A stretch of DNA of 64,000 bases from Candidatus Poribacteria bacterium (GCA_965222225.1 CBDCTK010000002.1:1152001-1216000), one strand, 5' to 3'; counted from the first letter of the stretch, positions 35,836-46,543 are shown. Notes: generated from the sequence alone by a model not told the origin. A program made the numbers and translations.

Positions 35836-36669
35836 ATGGATAGAACACACGACGACCCGTTCTTCTCAATTGCACAATGCAACGATGCGGAGATTGACCT
35901 TGGCTTAGGTGCACTCCTAATCGCCAAAGACGCCTATCCAGAGCTCGACACGAGTACCTACATGGAACAGTTGAATCGAATGGCACAGGAAGTAAAGGAA
36001 CAGATTGGCGAAACTACTGAGCCGAGTAGGCAAATCGCACAGTTAAATCACTACCTGTTTGAAGAGAAAGAATTTAAAGGCAATCAAGGCGACTATTACA
36101 ACCCACGAAATAGCTATCTTAACGATGTGCTTGAGCGAAAACTCGGTATCCCGATTACCCTCTCAGTTGTGTACATCGAAACGAGCCAGCGAATCGGATT
36201 GCCAATCGCCGGCGTTGGTTTCCCGGGACATTTTATCGTCAAACATCAAGGGGATCATCTTGAAACATATATTGACCCGTTCCACGACGGACGAATTCTG
36301 TCTGATGATACATTGCGAGAACAATTGGAAACAGTTTTCCAACAGCCCACCCCGCTACAACCGGAATTTTTGAGGCAAGTCGGTAATAGGGAGATTTTGG
36401 CGAGAATCCTGCGTAATCTCAAACAAATTTACTTCAAGGATAAAGCATATGCTCGTGCAATCTCGGCTAGTGAGCGAATTACTTGGCTCCTTCCAGATTT
36501 CGCGCAAGAACATCAAGATCTTGGCTATCTCTATTATAAAACTCATGCTTACGGCAAGTCGCTAAAATCTTTTCAGGAGTATCTGCGGATTTCAGGCAAT
36601 GCTCCTGATCGAGAGGAAATTGAGGAAAACATGGGATTATTGAGAAAACAAGTGGCAAGGTTGAATTAG
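35836..36669 (+). CDS. SirB1/transglutaminase-like protein with C-terminal TPR
   Basis: DYYNPRNSYLNDVLERKLGIPITLS, GVGFPGHF, YIDPF, ILARILRNLK. Confidence 0.88.
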   Translation: MDRTHDDPFFSIAQCNDAEIDLGLGALLIAKDAYPELDTSTYMEQLNRMAQEVKEQIGETTEPSRQIAQLNHYLFEEKEFKGNQGDYYNPRNSYLNDVLERKLGIPITLSVVYIETSQRIGLPIAGVGFPGHFIVKHQGDHLETYIDPFHDGRILSDDTLREQLETVFQQPTPLQPEFLRQVGNREILARILRNLKQIYFKDKAYARAISASERITWLLPDFAQEHQDLGYLYYKTHAYGKSLKSFQEYLRISGNAPDREEIEENMGLLRKQVARLN

Positions 36670-36907
36670 AATACAGCCGAAGAACCCGTATGATTGAATC
36701 GTTTCTTCAATGTAATATAATGTACAGAATGATGCCGCATGCGGAAACGGAAAAAGTGTTGCTTTTCTAATCCCCGATGTGTTAACTTAGGGCTTTCTGA
36801 GTCTTGTGAGAATTGACCATTGCACGCCGTGTTCGCAATGATAAATAAAATTCTGTATTAGCCTATATCTGCGAAGACATAAGGATAATTTGGAGGAATA
36901 ACTGTTT

Positions 36908-37705
36908 ATGACGCATCCCGAATTAACGTTGGCAGATCGCCGGTTTGGCCAGACGACACGCCGAGATGCTTGGTGGCTACAGCCTTTAGTCGTGTTGATC
37001 GGATTGACTACGTTTGGAATTTATTCTGCCTGGGCAGCTTTTCAGAACGTCCATTATACGTTCGGACCGTATCTATCTCCATTTTATTCGCCGGAGTTCT
37101 TTGGGAGTTCAGAACACAGTTGGTTCGGGGACAAGCCGGGTTGGTGGCCGCTTTGGCTGCCGTTCTCACCTGCGTTTCTCATTCTGTGGGCGCCTCTTGG
37201 TTTCCGCCTGACGTGCTATTACTACCGTGGCGCCTATTACAAGGCATTTTGGGCGGACCCACCCTCATGTACCATTGGCGAACCTCGAAAGGGGTATCGT
37301 GGCGAACATTCATTCCCGCTAATAATCCAGAATGTGCATCGTTATTTTCTTTATTTCGCCTTACTCTTCTTAATCTTTCTTTCCCATGATGCGTGGAAGG
37401 GCTTATGGTTCAAAGACGAGAGTGGTACGACATTCGGGGTTGGTATCGGTTCTCTCGTACTCGTCGGTAACGTATTCTTTCTCGGCGGATACACACTTGG
37501 CTGTCACTCGCTTCGCCACCTCGTAGGTGGTTTTCTCGATCGACTTTCGAGCGCACCGGTGCGCCTGTCCACCTACAATTGCGTCAGTTGCCTGAATCGT
37601 CGACACATGTTGTGGGCATGGATGAGCCTCAGCTGGGTGGGATTTTCGGACATCTATGTTCGATTGTGCTCTATGGGAATCTTGACTGACTGGAGAATTT
37701 TGTAA
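36908..37705 (+). CDS. Succinate dehydrogenase membrane anchor, mycobacterial Sdh1 type
   Basis: YLSPFYSP, GFRLTCYYYRGAYY, QNVHRYF, YTLGCHSLRHL. Its stop overlaps the flavoprotein start. Confidence 0.85.
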   Translation: MTHPELTLADRRFGQTTRRDAWWLQPLVVLIGLTTFGIYSAWAAFQNVHYTFGPYLSPFYSPEFFGSSEHSWFGDKPGWWPLWLPFSPAFLILWAPLGFRLTCYYYRGAYYKAFWADPPSCTIGEPRKGYRGEHSFPLIIQNVHRYFLYFALLFLIFLSHDAWKGLWFKDESGTTFGVGIGSLVLVGNVFFLGGYTLGCHSLRHLVGGFLDRLSSAPVRLSTYNCVSCLNRRHMLWAWMSLSWVGFSDIYVRLCSMGILTDWRIL

Positions 37706-39528
37706 TGAGCCAATACGAAACACACACGTATGATGTTTTGGTGATTGGTGCCGGTGGCGCAGGGCTACGTGCTGCAATTGAAGTCTCTGCGGCAGGAGTA
37801 TCCGTGGGATTGGTGTGCAAGTCTCTATTGGGTAAGGCACATACCGTGATGGCTGAGGGCGGCGTCGCTGCGGCGTTGGCTAATGTCGATGAGAGGGATA
37901 GTTGGAAAGTTCACTTTGCAGACACCATGCGGGGTGGACAGTATCTCAACAATTGGCGTATGGCTGAAATTCACGCTAAGGAGGCACCGGATCGGGTTCG
38001 TGAATTGGAAGCTTGGGGAGCGCTTTTCGATCGGACTGCCGATGGTCGCATTCTCCAACGCAATTTCGGTGGACATCAATATCCGAGACTCGCCCACGTC
38101 GGGGACCGGACGGGATTGGAGATGATTCGAGTATTACAAGATCACGGCGTTCACCAAGGGGTCGATGTGCACATGGAATGTACGGTCGTTTCCATTCATA
38201 AAGACGGCGATCGCATTGCAGGGGCGTTTGGTTACGAGCGAGAGAAGGGACGATTCAAAGTGTTTCGTGCGAAAGCAATCGTACTCGCGACCGGTGGTGT
38301 GGGCAAAGCCTACAAGATTACGAGCAATAGTTGGGAATATACCGGCGACGGTCATTCGCTTGCCTACCATACGGGTGCCGAACTTATCGACATGGAGTTT
38401 GTTCAGTTTCATCCGACCGGCATGGTATGGCCTCCGAGTGTACGTGGAATACTGGTTACAGAAGGAGTACGCGGAGAAGGGGGCGTTCTGAAAAACAAGT
38501 TGGGAGAACGGTTTATGTTCAACCATATTCCCGAACTCTATGTCAACCAGACATCTGACGATCCCGAGGAAGGCTGGCGATACACGCAAGGCGATCGAAA
38601 TGCCCGAAGACCTCCTGAACTTCTCACCCGCGATCATGTGGCGAGATGCATTGTTGGTGAAGTTCAAGAAGGACGCGGTAGCCCGCACGGCGGTGTTTTT
38701 CTTGATATTGCATGGATTAAGGAGAAGTTACCAAATGCTGAAGACCACATTAAGCGAAAATTGCCGAGTATGTACCATCAATTCATGCAATTAGCCGATC
38801 TTGATATCACGAAAGAACCAATGGAAGTTGGGCCTACAACTCATTACATCATGGGCGGTATACGAGTCGACGGAGATTCGCAGATGACATGCGTGCCGGG
38901 GCTCTTTGCCAGCGGCGAATGCGGCGCCGGTTTACACGGAGCCAATCGACTTGGAGGAAACTCGCTCTCCGATCTCCTAGTTCTAGGTAAACGCGCCGGG
39001 GAGTATGCGGCAAAGTTTGCTAGAGAAAACGGTGAAGGCACGGTCGACGACACGGAAATCGAATCAGCGGCAAGTTGGGCATTACGGCTTTTCAATAATG
39101 ACGCTGGTTCCAATGGCGAAAACCCGTACCAAATTCAGTACAACCTCCAAGATTTGATGCAGGAACTTGTGGGCATCGCTCGGAGCGAGGAGGGCCTAAA
39201 CAGGGCAGAAGTTGAGATTCAGAAATTAAAAGAGCAGGCGGAGCAGATAAGCATTGGAGGGAATCGAGAGTACAATCCCGGATGGCATACAGCACTTGAT
39301 TTGCATAGTCTGATGACCGTGTCTGAAGCTATTGCTCTTGCGGCTTTAGAACGAAAAGCAAGCATCGGTGCACATTCACGCGACGACCATCCCGAGAAAG
39401 AGGAACCAGGCGCGGGAAAATACAACACGGTCGTGCGAAAAAGTGAAGATGGCACTATGCAGGTCAGACGCGAACAGATTCCACCAATTCGCGATGATCT
39501 TGAGGAGATAATAGAGGAGATGGGTTAA
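37705..39528 (+). CDS. sdhA: Succinate dehydrogenase/fumarate reductase flavoprotein subunit
   Basis: GAGGAG, GKAHTVMAEGG (FAD-histidine motif), QFHPTG, HGANRLGGNSL. Confidence 0.95.
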   Translation: MSQYETHTYDVLVIGAGGAGLRAAIEVSAAGVSVGLVCKSLLGKAHTVMAEGGVAAALANVDERDSWKVHFADTMRGGQYLNNWRMAEIHAKEAPDRVRELEAWGALFDRTADGRILQRNFGGHQYPRLAHVGDRTGLEMIRVLQDHGVHQGVDVHMECTVVSIHKDGDRIAGAFGYEREKGRFKVFRAKAIVLATGGVGKAYKITSNSWEYTGDGHSLAYHTGAELIDMEFVQFHPTGMVWPPSVRGILVTEGVRGEGGVLKNKLGERFMFNHIPELYVNQTSDDPEEGWRYTQGDRNARRPPELLTRDHVARCIVGEVQEGRGSPHGGVFLDIAWIKEKLPNAEDHIKRKLPSMYHQFMQLADLDITKEPMEVGPTTHYIMGGIRVDGDSQMTCVPGLFASGECGAGLHGANRLGGNSLSDLLVLGKRAGEYAAKFARENGEGTVDDTEIESAASWALRLFNNDAGSNGENPYQIQYNLQDLMQELVGIARSEEGLNRAEVEIQKLKEQAEQISIGGNREYNPGWHTALDLHSLMTVSEAIALAALERKASIGAHSRDDHPEKEEPGAGKYNTVVRKSEDGTMQVRREQIPPIRDDLEEIIEEMG

Positions 39529-40274
39529 TGGCAACAGCAACGTTTAAGATTTGGCGGGGTGACGCTAACAAGGCGGGGTTCGTCGATTATGAAAGCGAGG
39601 TCTCCGAAGGGATGGTAGTGCTTGATGCGGTTCATCAGATCCAGGCACAGCAGGCAAATGATCTCGCCGTACGTTGGAACTGCAAGGCCGGAAAATGCGG
39701 ATCCTGTTCTGCCGAAGTCAATGGCCATCCAAAATTGATGTGCATGACTCGATTGAACGATCTTCCGCTAGACCAACCAATTACCATTGAGCCCATGCGC
39801 GCTTTTCCGCTGATTAAAGACTTGGTCACGGACGTTTCATGGAATTTTGAAGTTAAAAAGAAAATAAAAACATTCAACCCGCGCTCGCCTGACGCCGAAG
39901 ACGGTACTTGGCGAATGGCGCAGGAAGATATAGACAGAGTACAAGAATTCCGTAAATGTATTGAGTGTTTTCTGTGTCAGGATGTGTGCCATGTACTCCG
40001 CGATCATCACCTCCACAAGGAGTTCATCGGACCTCGATATTTTGTTCACATTGCAGCCTTGGAAATGCACCCACTCGACACCGAGAATCGCCTTGAAGAC
40101 CTGAAGAGTGCGGATGGAATCGGCTATTGCAACATTACGAAATGCTGCACGAAGGTCTGCCCGGAAAACATTACAATTACGGATAACGCGATTATTCCTC
40201 TCAAGGAACGCGTAGTAGATCAGTTTTACGATCCGCTAAAAAAACTTTTCCGGATTTTTCGTCCTCGAACCTGA
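39528..40274 (+). CDS. sdhB: Succinate dehydrogenase/fumarate reductase Fe-S subunit
   Basis: CKAGKCGSC..C, CIECFLCQDVC and CNITKCCTKVCP cluster motifs. Confidence 0.95.
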   Translation: MATATFKIWRGDANKAGFVDYESEVSEGMVVLDAVHQIQAQQANDLAVRWNCKAGKCGSCSAEVNGHPKLMCMTRLNDLPLDQPITIEPMRAFPLIKDLVTDVSWNFEVKKKIKTFNPRSPDAEDGTWRMAQEDIDRVQEFRKCIECFLCQDVCHVLRDHHLHKEFIGPRYFVHIAALEMHPLDTENRLEDLKSADGIGYCNITKCCTKVCPENITITDNAIIPLKERVVDQFYDPLKKLFRIFRPRT

Positions 40275-40518
40275 GTTTGTTGCCAACCGAGCGTCAATGG
40301 CTAACGTTAGGCTAGGGTTAGACTCCAAAAGGCATTAAACTCACCGACTGTAGCTTTTCGTTAGGCGTTTAACCCGTTCGTCAATCCACCCGCTCTTTCT
40401 GCCCCGCGTTATGGTGATAACCAACGTTGTTTGAAATCTTTATAATAGACCTCGACGCCAATTCGGATGAACATAAGTCAGGATAAAGTGTATTTATAGG
40501 ACAAAGGAGGAGACAGAC

Positions 40519-42687
40519 ATGAAATTTGCGAAACGCTGTAGTTTAATTCTAAGCTGCTTAGTCATCGTATCGCACGCCGCCTGCTTGTCGGGAGGTGTAT
40601 CGAACAAAACCGACAAATTGATCGAAGCGAAGGATTACCACGGAGCAATTGAAGTCTATCAAACCGTTGCCGATACAAAACCCGGAACATCCGAAGCCCG
40701 TGAGGCCCAACTTGAGATGGCTACGCTTTACATCAAAAAGTTGAATAAACCGGATCAAGGAGTGAAATTGTATCAGGAGGTCATCTCATCCGCGCCAGAC
40801 AGTCAAGAAGCTGCAAACGCCCATTATGAATTGGGCATGCATTATTTTCGATCTAAGGAATATGAATCTGCGCAAGAACAGTTTGATACGGTTGTGAATA
40901 GCTTCTCCGAATTAGAACTTAGCAACAACGCCCAACTCATGCTTGCCAAGAGTTTCGAAGAGGCCAAGGACTATAAGCAGGCAGCAGAAATTTATGACAA
41001 TTTCGCAAATCGACATCCTACGAGCAACCGCGCAGCTCTGGCACTTGTCAATAAAGCTCGAATTCAGAAAAATTACCTTCAGAACCAACCCGAAGCCAAA
41101 CGCACGTATCAGTCAATTGTAAAGAGGTACGGTAGAATTGAAGGAGCGGAAGATCAAATCAGCGAAGCAAAAAAGGTGCTGACCGAGATTGGCGCGAGTA
41201 TCCCCAAACCTGACGACCCCTTGGCAACACAAATGGGGCGTTCCGTAGAGCGACAAAACACCCGTCGCGAAATGGATCGCCCGCGTGGGGGCGTTGAGAG
41301 AAGCCGCGCAATGGGCACTACCGCCCAAATGCCGGATTCCGGCTTCGGCATTAGTGCACAAGAGGTCATGAGAAATTTTGGTGCTCAGCGCGGCGTACAA
41401 GGTGATGAAGATGGTACTTACTACGACGCAGAACTTATGATTGCGGAGTTTCTTTATGGTGATGAATATTATCGTGATGCGGGGTCGATTTTATTCGACG
41501 CCATCTATCGGGCGAAAGCCGAAAATGCTAAAATTGATCCGTACTCCTATGTGCGCCTGTCAGTCTGCTATCGCAAATTGGGCATGCACAAACGAGCTCG
41601 AGAAATGCTCAAAGAGGCGGTAAAAAGGGACCGCCGCGTTCTTGATGCAGTCATCACTACGGGACAGAATCATTACAGTGATGCAAAGATTATGGATTCA
41701 GAGGACGATAAGCAAGCCGCATGTGAAAAAGCAATAGCAATCTATAACTCCGTACTAGGTTTCAATCAAAGCAAGGATGCCGAAATCTATTTTCGGCTTG
41801 GTCTAGTGTATCAAAAAATGGGGAACCTAGACATGGAGCGAGAATCCTTTGAGCGTGCTGTTGCTGTCAAACCAGACTTCATGGACGCGCTTGAATGGCT
41901 GCCGGATGTTTACAAACGAATGAAAAACCGGTCACGGGCAACAACCTTTCAGAACATCGTTGTGGGCAAGGGCGATCTCTATGTGAATAAAATAGCGATT
42001 GCTGACCTCTGCTATGTCCACGAAAATTATAGAACGGCTAAATCAAACTATTCTGCAGCATTGCGAAACGCCGAACGGGGCGGCAAAGTCGACATTAATA
42101 TGGACTCTGTAGAACGCCTGGCACATTTGCCCGGGATTGGCTCTACTTTGGCAAATGCCATTATTGCCGGTCGACCGTATGAAAGAGTTGATGATTTGCT
42201 TCGTGTTGAGGGAATTAATGAGCGAAGGCTAGGACCTCTTCGAGATAGAATAGCGGTGCAAAGGGGCGTAGCACGGGAAGAAAAGCGCCAGCGGGAAAAC
42301 AGAATCGTTCATTCGACGATTCGTACAGCGATGGCAGCTCATAAACTGGAACAAGTAGATCGAGCACGGGAACTAATGGATGAATTGGCAGTAAGATATC
42401 CTGAACACCCTCTTCTCCCCTACGGACAGGGGGAAATCGCTTTGATTGAGGGTGATGCAGACAAAGCCATTGAATCCTTCAAGAAAGCAATTGAGAAAGC
42501 CCCGCACTCCGACTTTGCGCCAGTGGCTCTCGGCGAGTATTATCTCTCGCAAGGTTACGATGATGAGGCACTAGCGGTTTGGGAGACATTTATTGAAGGA
42601 AACAGACACAATAGAAACATTATTGAGCGACTCAAGAAGCTAAAATCCAGAATTAACGATACAAGCTCAAGGCCGGAACTGGAATAA
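40519..42687 (+). CDS. Exported TPR-repeat protein (possible lipoprotein) with an internal ComEA-type helix-hairpin-helix domain
   Basis: AAAGGAGG RBS, signal peptide ending HAAC, multiple TPRs, and VDIN...LPGIG...IIAGRPYERVDDLLRVEGI at about 42085-42258. Confidence 0.8.
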   Translation: MKFAKRCSLILSCLVIVSHAACLSGGVSNKTDKLIEAKDYHGAIEVYQTVADTKPGTSEAREAQLEMATLYIKKLNKPDQGVKLYQEVISSAPDSQEAANAHYELGMHYFRSKEYESAQEQFDTVVNSFSELELSNNAQLMLAKSFEEAKDYKQAAEIYDNFANRHPTSNRAALALVNKARIQKNYLQNQPEAKRTYQSIVKRYGRIEGAEDQISEAKKVLTEIGASIPKPDDPLATQMGRSVERQNTRREMDRPRGGVERSRAMGTTAQMPDSGFGISAQEVMRNFGAQRGVQGDEDGTYYDAELMIAEFLYGDEYYRDAGSILFDAIYRAKAENAKIDPYSYVRLSVCYRKLGMHKRAREMLKEAVKRDRRVLDAVITTGQNHYSDAKIMDSEDDKQAACEKAIAIYNSVLGFNQSKDAEIYFRLGLVYQKMGNLDMERESFERAVAVKPDFMDALEWLPDVYKRMKNRSRATTFQNIVVGKGDLYVNKIAIADLCYVHENYRTAKSNYSAALRNAERGGKVDINMDSVERLAHLPGIGSTLANAIIAGRPYERVDDLLRVEGINERRLGPLRDRIAVQRGVAREEKRQRENRIVHSTIRTAMAAHKLEQVDRARELMDELAVRYPEHPLLPYGQGEIALIEGDADKAIESFKKAIEKAPHSDFAPVALGEYYLSQGYDDEALAVWETFIEGNRHNRNIIERLKKLKSRINDTSSRPELE

Positions 42688-42700
42688 TTCGGAGAATGGC

Positions 42701-43585
42701 TTGACGCTACGAGTAGGAAATCTATCCCTCTTGGCAAAACGAACGAATTTGCACCGGAAAGAGGCTGGACTATTGACAAACAATCCTGTGGAAATGCTAG
42801 GCTCGGTTGAGAAGATAGCACGGGAAGCGGGCGAAATCTTGATGGACTATTTCGGCAGGATTGTCCAAGTGGAGTATAAGGGCATCGGCGATATTGTGAC
42901 GGAGGCGGACAAAACCTCTGAACAGTTCATCAAAACGAGCCTTGAGTCTCTATTCCCCAATGACTCTACACTTGGTGAGGAGTTTGGATTGTCCGACCTG
43001 CAGTCCGACAATTGTTGGGTTACCGATCCCCTAGACGGAACTGCCAATTATGCGGCTGGATTACCCATCTTTTCGATTGCTATAGGCCTGTTGTGCAACG
43101 GAAGCCCAATCCTAGGTGTTGTCTTTGACCCCAATACGGACCGGATGTTCAGCGCAGTGAAAGAGCAAACTGCGACGCTAAATGGCACTGCTATCCACGC
43201 GAACCGACGAGAAAAATTGGATGCTATCGGGCTATTTGGATTTTCCTCTGAGGTTATGAAAACTCTAAATCCCTTCTTGCAGAATCTTGCAAAGGGACGT
43301 TCGCTTGGCTCTGCTGCTCTCCACATCTGCGGCGTCGCTACCGGACATTTTGATGGTAGTCTCGATTATAATACAAAACTCTGGGATGTAACCGCTGCGG
43401 CAGCCATATTGGAAGCGGCAGGCGGGAGTATGACGTACCCATCCGGTGAAGCTATTTTTCCATTGCCGGCAGGTTCCCCCGCGTATCGCGGTGCTAATGT
43501 ACCTTTTTTGGCAACCAATGGAAAACTTCATGTGGAATGTGTGAACGAGCTAGTTCAAATCAGCCCTAACAGCGATAAGAATTAG
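42701..43585 (+). CDS. Inositol monophosphatase family protein (SuhB-like)
   Basis: VTEAD, LGEE, WVTDPLDGTANY, RSLGSAAL, LWDVTAA. The true start is probably about 30 codons downstream. Confidence 0.9.
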   Translation: MTLRVGNLSLLAKRTNLHRKEAGLLTNNPVEMLGSVEKIAREAGEILMDYFGRIVQVEYKGIGDIVTEADKTSEQFIKTSLESLFPNDSTLGEEFGLSDLQSDNCWVTDPLDGTANYAAGLPIFSIAIGLLCNGSPILGVVFDPNTDRMFSAVKEQTATLNGTAIHANRREKLDAIGLFGFSSEVMKTLNPFLQNLAKGRSLGSAALHICGVATGHFDGSLDYNTKLWDVTAAAAILEAAGGSMTYPSGEAIFPLPAGSPAYRGANVPFLATNGKLHVECVNELVQISPNSDKN

Positions 43586-43798
43586 GGCAGGTATCATATA
43601 GATATTGTAGAACCCGCATTGTCTCGCAATCTATTTCGGATTTCTCGGTCAGCTCCACAGCGCTCCTAGAATCGGGATGTCCTGTTTTTCACATTTGGAC
43701 CGGAAACCACAAAGATGTCTGCGATTCGGGATACCATGGTCGTGGTAATTTTCCCAATTCGTACGACTCTGACAACCTTTACTACTGAGGAGATCTTT

Positions 43799-44326
43799 AT
43801 GGGAAATGTCATCTTACTAAATCCACTCGATCAAGGCGATATATCTGCCAAGTATCTCGCGCCGCGTCTAGATACCCTCAACGGTAAAACGATGGGGCTG
43901 CTCAACATCGGGAAGAATGGTAGCGATGTCTTTCTCCAACGCGTCGAAGAACTGATGTGTGAAGAATTTGATGTCGCGGAAGTTCTTCATGTCAACAAAC
44001 CGACATTCACACGACCGGCGCCCGAAGAGCTGATTATCCAACTTGCCAACCAGTGCGACTTTGTTGTTGAAGGCCTTGCTGATTGAGGTTCGTGCATATC
44101 GTGTAGTGTACACGACGGAGCAGCCTTGGAAGAACGCGGTATCCCATCCGTTGCCATCTGTTCGGAAGTATTCTTCGCGGCTGGTAAGGTCCAAGCAAAA
44201 GCACTCGGTTATAACGACCTTGAACCAATAACTGTCGGACACCCAATCCAAAGTTTGACCACAGACCAAATTCGGGGGCGGGCTGTCGGCATCGTTGAGA
44301 AAATCACCGCTGCATTGACAAGATAG
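43799..44326 (+). CDS. UGSC-family selenoprotein (175 aa, Sec at UGA 44084-44086)
   Basis: Read-through gives VVEGLAD-U-GSCISCSVHDGAALEERGIPSV, joining the two ORF-track fragments in one frame. GAGGAG RBS before ATG 43799. Confidence 0.88.
44087..44125 (+). promoter_or_regulatory. Putative bacterial SECIS element
   Basis: Perfect 7-bp stem TCGTGTA (44099-105)/TACACGA (44109-115) with a G-starting loop 19 nt after the UGA. Weaker lower stem GGTT/AGCC. Confidence 0.65.
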
Positions 44327-44581
44327 CCGGGCTGAATCTGCGGCTCCTGAGCCAAACAATCTTAAACTCAGGAGTCCGGTGAACGGACAGACCACAAATG
44401 AACAGAAAGGCCAGTGTTTGAACCAATCTTGGCAATACAAATAAGCCACGACCAAAACAGTACCTTTTCTCGCCAATAAACACGACAACGCACATCCGAT
44501 ATGAAGATTGGTAATTTTTCGTAGTGGGCCAGTTTTGGAGATTGTATAAGCAACTGAGCGCGGAAGAGGAATGAATCGAGG

Positions 44582-45508
44582 ATGGCTAGCCAATATAAAC
44601 CAACGCTATTGGTCACCGGCGCTAGCGGTTTCGTCGGGAGGTCACTATGCAGTTCGGCGGCTGAAAATGGACATGGTGTTGTCGCATTGTCCCGTACACC
44701 GGACACTGCTAGCGCCCTACTCCCTCATGTGAAGAGGGTGGAAGCTTGGCGACCAAATACAGAGCTCGTCCCGCCTTCAACCTTATCCGACATCGGAGCT
44801 GTCGTTCATCTAGCTGGAGAAACCATCGGAGCAAGATGGAATCCTGATAAGAAACAGCGGATTCGAGAAAGTCGCGTAAACTCGACCAATCGGCTTGTAG
44901 AATCCCTATCGAAAGTTGAGCCAAAACCTGAGGTGTTGGTGTGCGCCTCAGCGATTGGATTTTATGGTGAAGGTGGTGACGAGGAATTCACAGAGGATTC
45001 CCCTCCGGGCAATGACTTCCTCGCTGAAGTCTGCCAGGATTGGGAGTTGGCGGCACAAAAGGCGGAAGCTTTGGGAATCCGTGTCGTCCGAATCCGGTTA
45101 GGCCATGTCCTTGGAAAAGATGGTGGCTTGCTTAGAACAATGCTTCCCCCATTTTACATGGGTGTGGGAGGCAGGCTAGGAAGTGGGACACAATGGATGT
45201 CATGGATTCATATTGATGATGTAGCGGGAATTTTACTATATGCCATCGAAAATCAAAACGTAAACGGCGTACTCAATGCCACGGCGCCAATCCCTATCAG
45301 AAACATTGAGTTCACAAAGACCCTTGGTCGCGTTATCCGGCGTCCAACCCTTTTTCCTGTACCCACTTTTGCGCTGAAGATGCGCTTTGGCGAGTTCACC
45401 GATTTTGTGCTCATGAGTCAGCGTGTTCTCCCGGAGAAAACCTTGTCAATGGGTTATGAATTCCGCTATGCAGATCTCGAATCGGCTTTACGGACATCTT
45501 TGGGTTGA
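44582..45508 (+). CDS. TIGR01777/YfcH-family NAD-dependent epimerase
   Basis: VTGASGFVG, HLAGE, SAIGFYG, FLAEVCQDWE, GSGTQWMSWIHIDD, SQRVLP. Confidence 0.9.
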   Translation: MASQYKPTLLVTGASGFVGRSLCSSAAENGHGVVALSRTPDTASALLPHVKRVEAWRPNTELVPPSTLSDIGAVVHLAGETIGARWNPDKKQRIRESRVNSTNRLVESLSKVEPKPEVLVCASAIGFYGEGGDEEFTEDSPPGNDFLAEVCQDWELAAQKAEALGIRVVRIRLGHVLGKDGGLLRTMLPPFYMGVGGRLGSGTQWMSWIHIDDVAGILLYAIENQNVNGVLNATAPIPIRNIEFTKTLGRVIRRPTLFPVPTFALKMRFGEFTDFVLMSQRVLPEKTLSMGYEFRYADLESALRTSLG

Positions 45509-45589
45509 AAATCTAACAGGCAAAGTATGTGGTTAGTAAGTTGACATAGCAATGGGCTAACCCGACAGTGTCCGACCGCTCCTCGTATG

Positions 45590-46543
45590 TTAATGATGGG
45601 GCACGAGCATGTGCAATCTTATCGCAGCCTCTTGACCAATCTCCCCGCCAGTCTGAAGTTTAGTCGCCATCTCATAATCAGAGCGTGCTTGCTCAATATG
45701 TCTCAGACACTGGTAGGCAACGCCCCTGCGATAATAGACCAGTCCCAGAATCGGATGATTTTCCTCCCACATCTGAATCTCGGCAGTTGCGAGTTCAATG
45801 ACTTTGAGATAGTCTGATTCTGCATTTTGTCGCTGATCTAAGCGTTCATAAGTTTCTCCACGGTGAAGGTACGCCTCCGCAAACTCTGGCTCTATCTCTA
45901 TCCCCCTGTTAAAATCATCAAGTGCTAGTTCGTTCTCTTGTAGCCGCATAAAGGCTCGTCCCCGCTGGTAATATCCGGCCGCACCGCCATCTTTGCGCTG
46001 GATAACTGCGGTATAATCTGAAAGCGCACGCTGCTCTTCGCCAATCTGCAGATATACTTCTGCCCTTTTCCATATGACAAACGCCGCCCATCTTTCCTCA
46101 ATTGATGCTGTGTAATCTGTGATGGCTTGATGATAATCTCTTAACTCTCGATAGGCATCGCCACGACTATAATACGCTTCTGCTTCGTATCGCTTTAACT
46201 TAAGCACCTGATCGTAATCTGCAATTGCTTTACGGTATTCCCCAAGGCGGTAGTATGCGAGGCCCCTTCGGATTACGGCAAGAGCATGTTTCGGATTCTT
46301 CTCAATCGCGCGTGTAAAGGCGTGGACTGCGCCTTGATAATCATGATTCGAACCTTGCAGCAGGGAGGTTCCCTCGTTGACATATTCTACGACCATTGGG
46401 TCCTCCCCTTTGAGGCGCCCCCAACTGACAAACCGCGAGGCGAGCAGCATGCAGATAATCAACAGGGGCGTCATTATCCAAATCAGCGCGCGCATCCGTT
46501 CTCCTTTTGCGACATATAGTGTGAGGGAATTCAACGTGAGCAT
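45590..46543 (-). CDS. Membrane-anchored TPR-repeat protein
   Basis: N-terminal hydrophobic segment, then repeated AYY.RG.AY...AI.DY TPR units. Confidence 0.85.
   Translation of the reverse strand: MLTLNSLTLYVAKGERMRALIWIMTPLLIICMLLASRFVSWGRLKGEDPMVVEYVNEGTSLLQGSNHDYQGAVHAFTRAIEKNPKHALAVIRRGLAYYRLGEYRKAIADYDQVLKLKRYEAEAYYSRGDAYRELRDYHQAITDYTASIEERWAAFVIWKRAEVYLQIGEEQRALSDYTAVIQRKDGGAAGYYQRGRAFMRLQENELALDDFNRGIEIEPEFAEAYLHRGETYERLDQRQNAESDYLKVIELATAEIQMWEENHPILGLVYYRRGVAYQCLRHIEQARSDYEMATKLQTGGEIGQEAAIRLHMLVPHH

Noticed and set aside
40299-40366. attC-like GGCTAAC...GTTAGGC
   Set aside because: The interior is not palindromic, and the site lies between core genes.
43868-44593. 241-aa minus-strand ORF
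   Set aside because: Antisense to the UGSC selenoprotein, with no recognisable domain.
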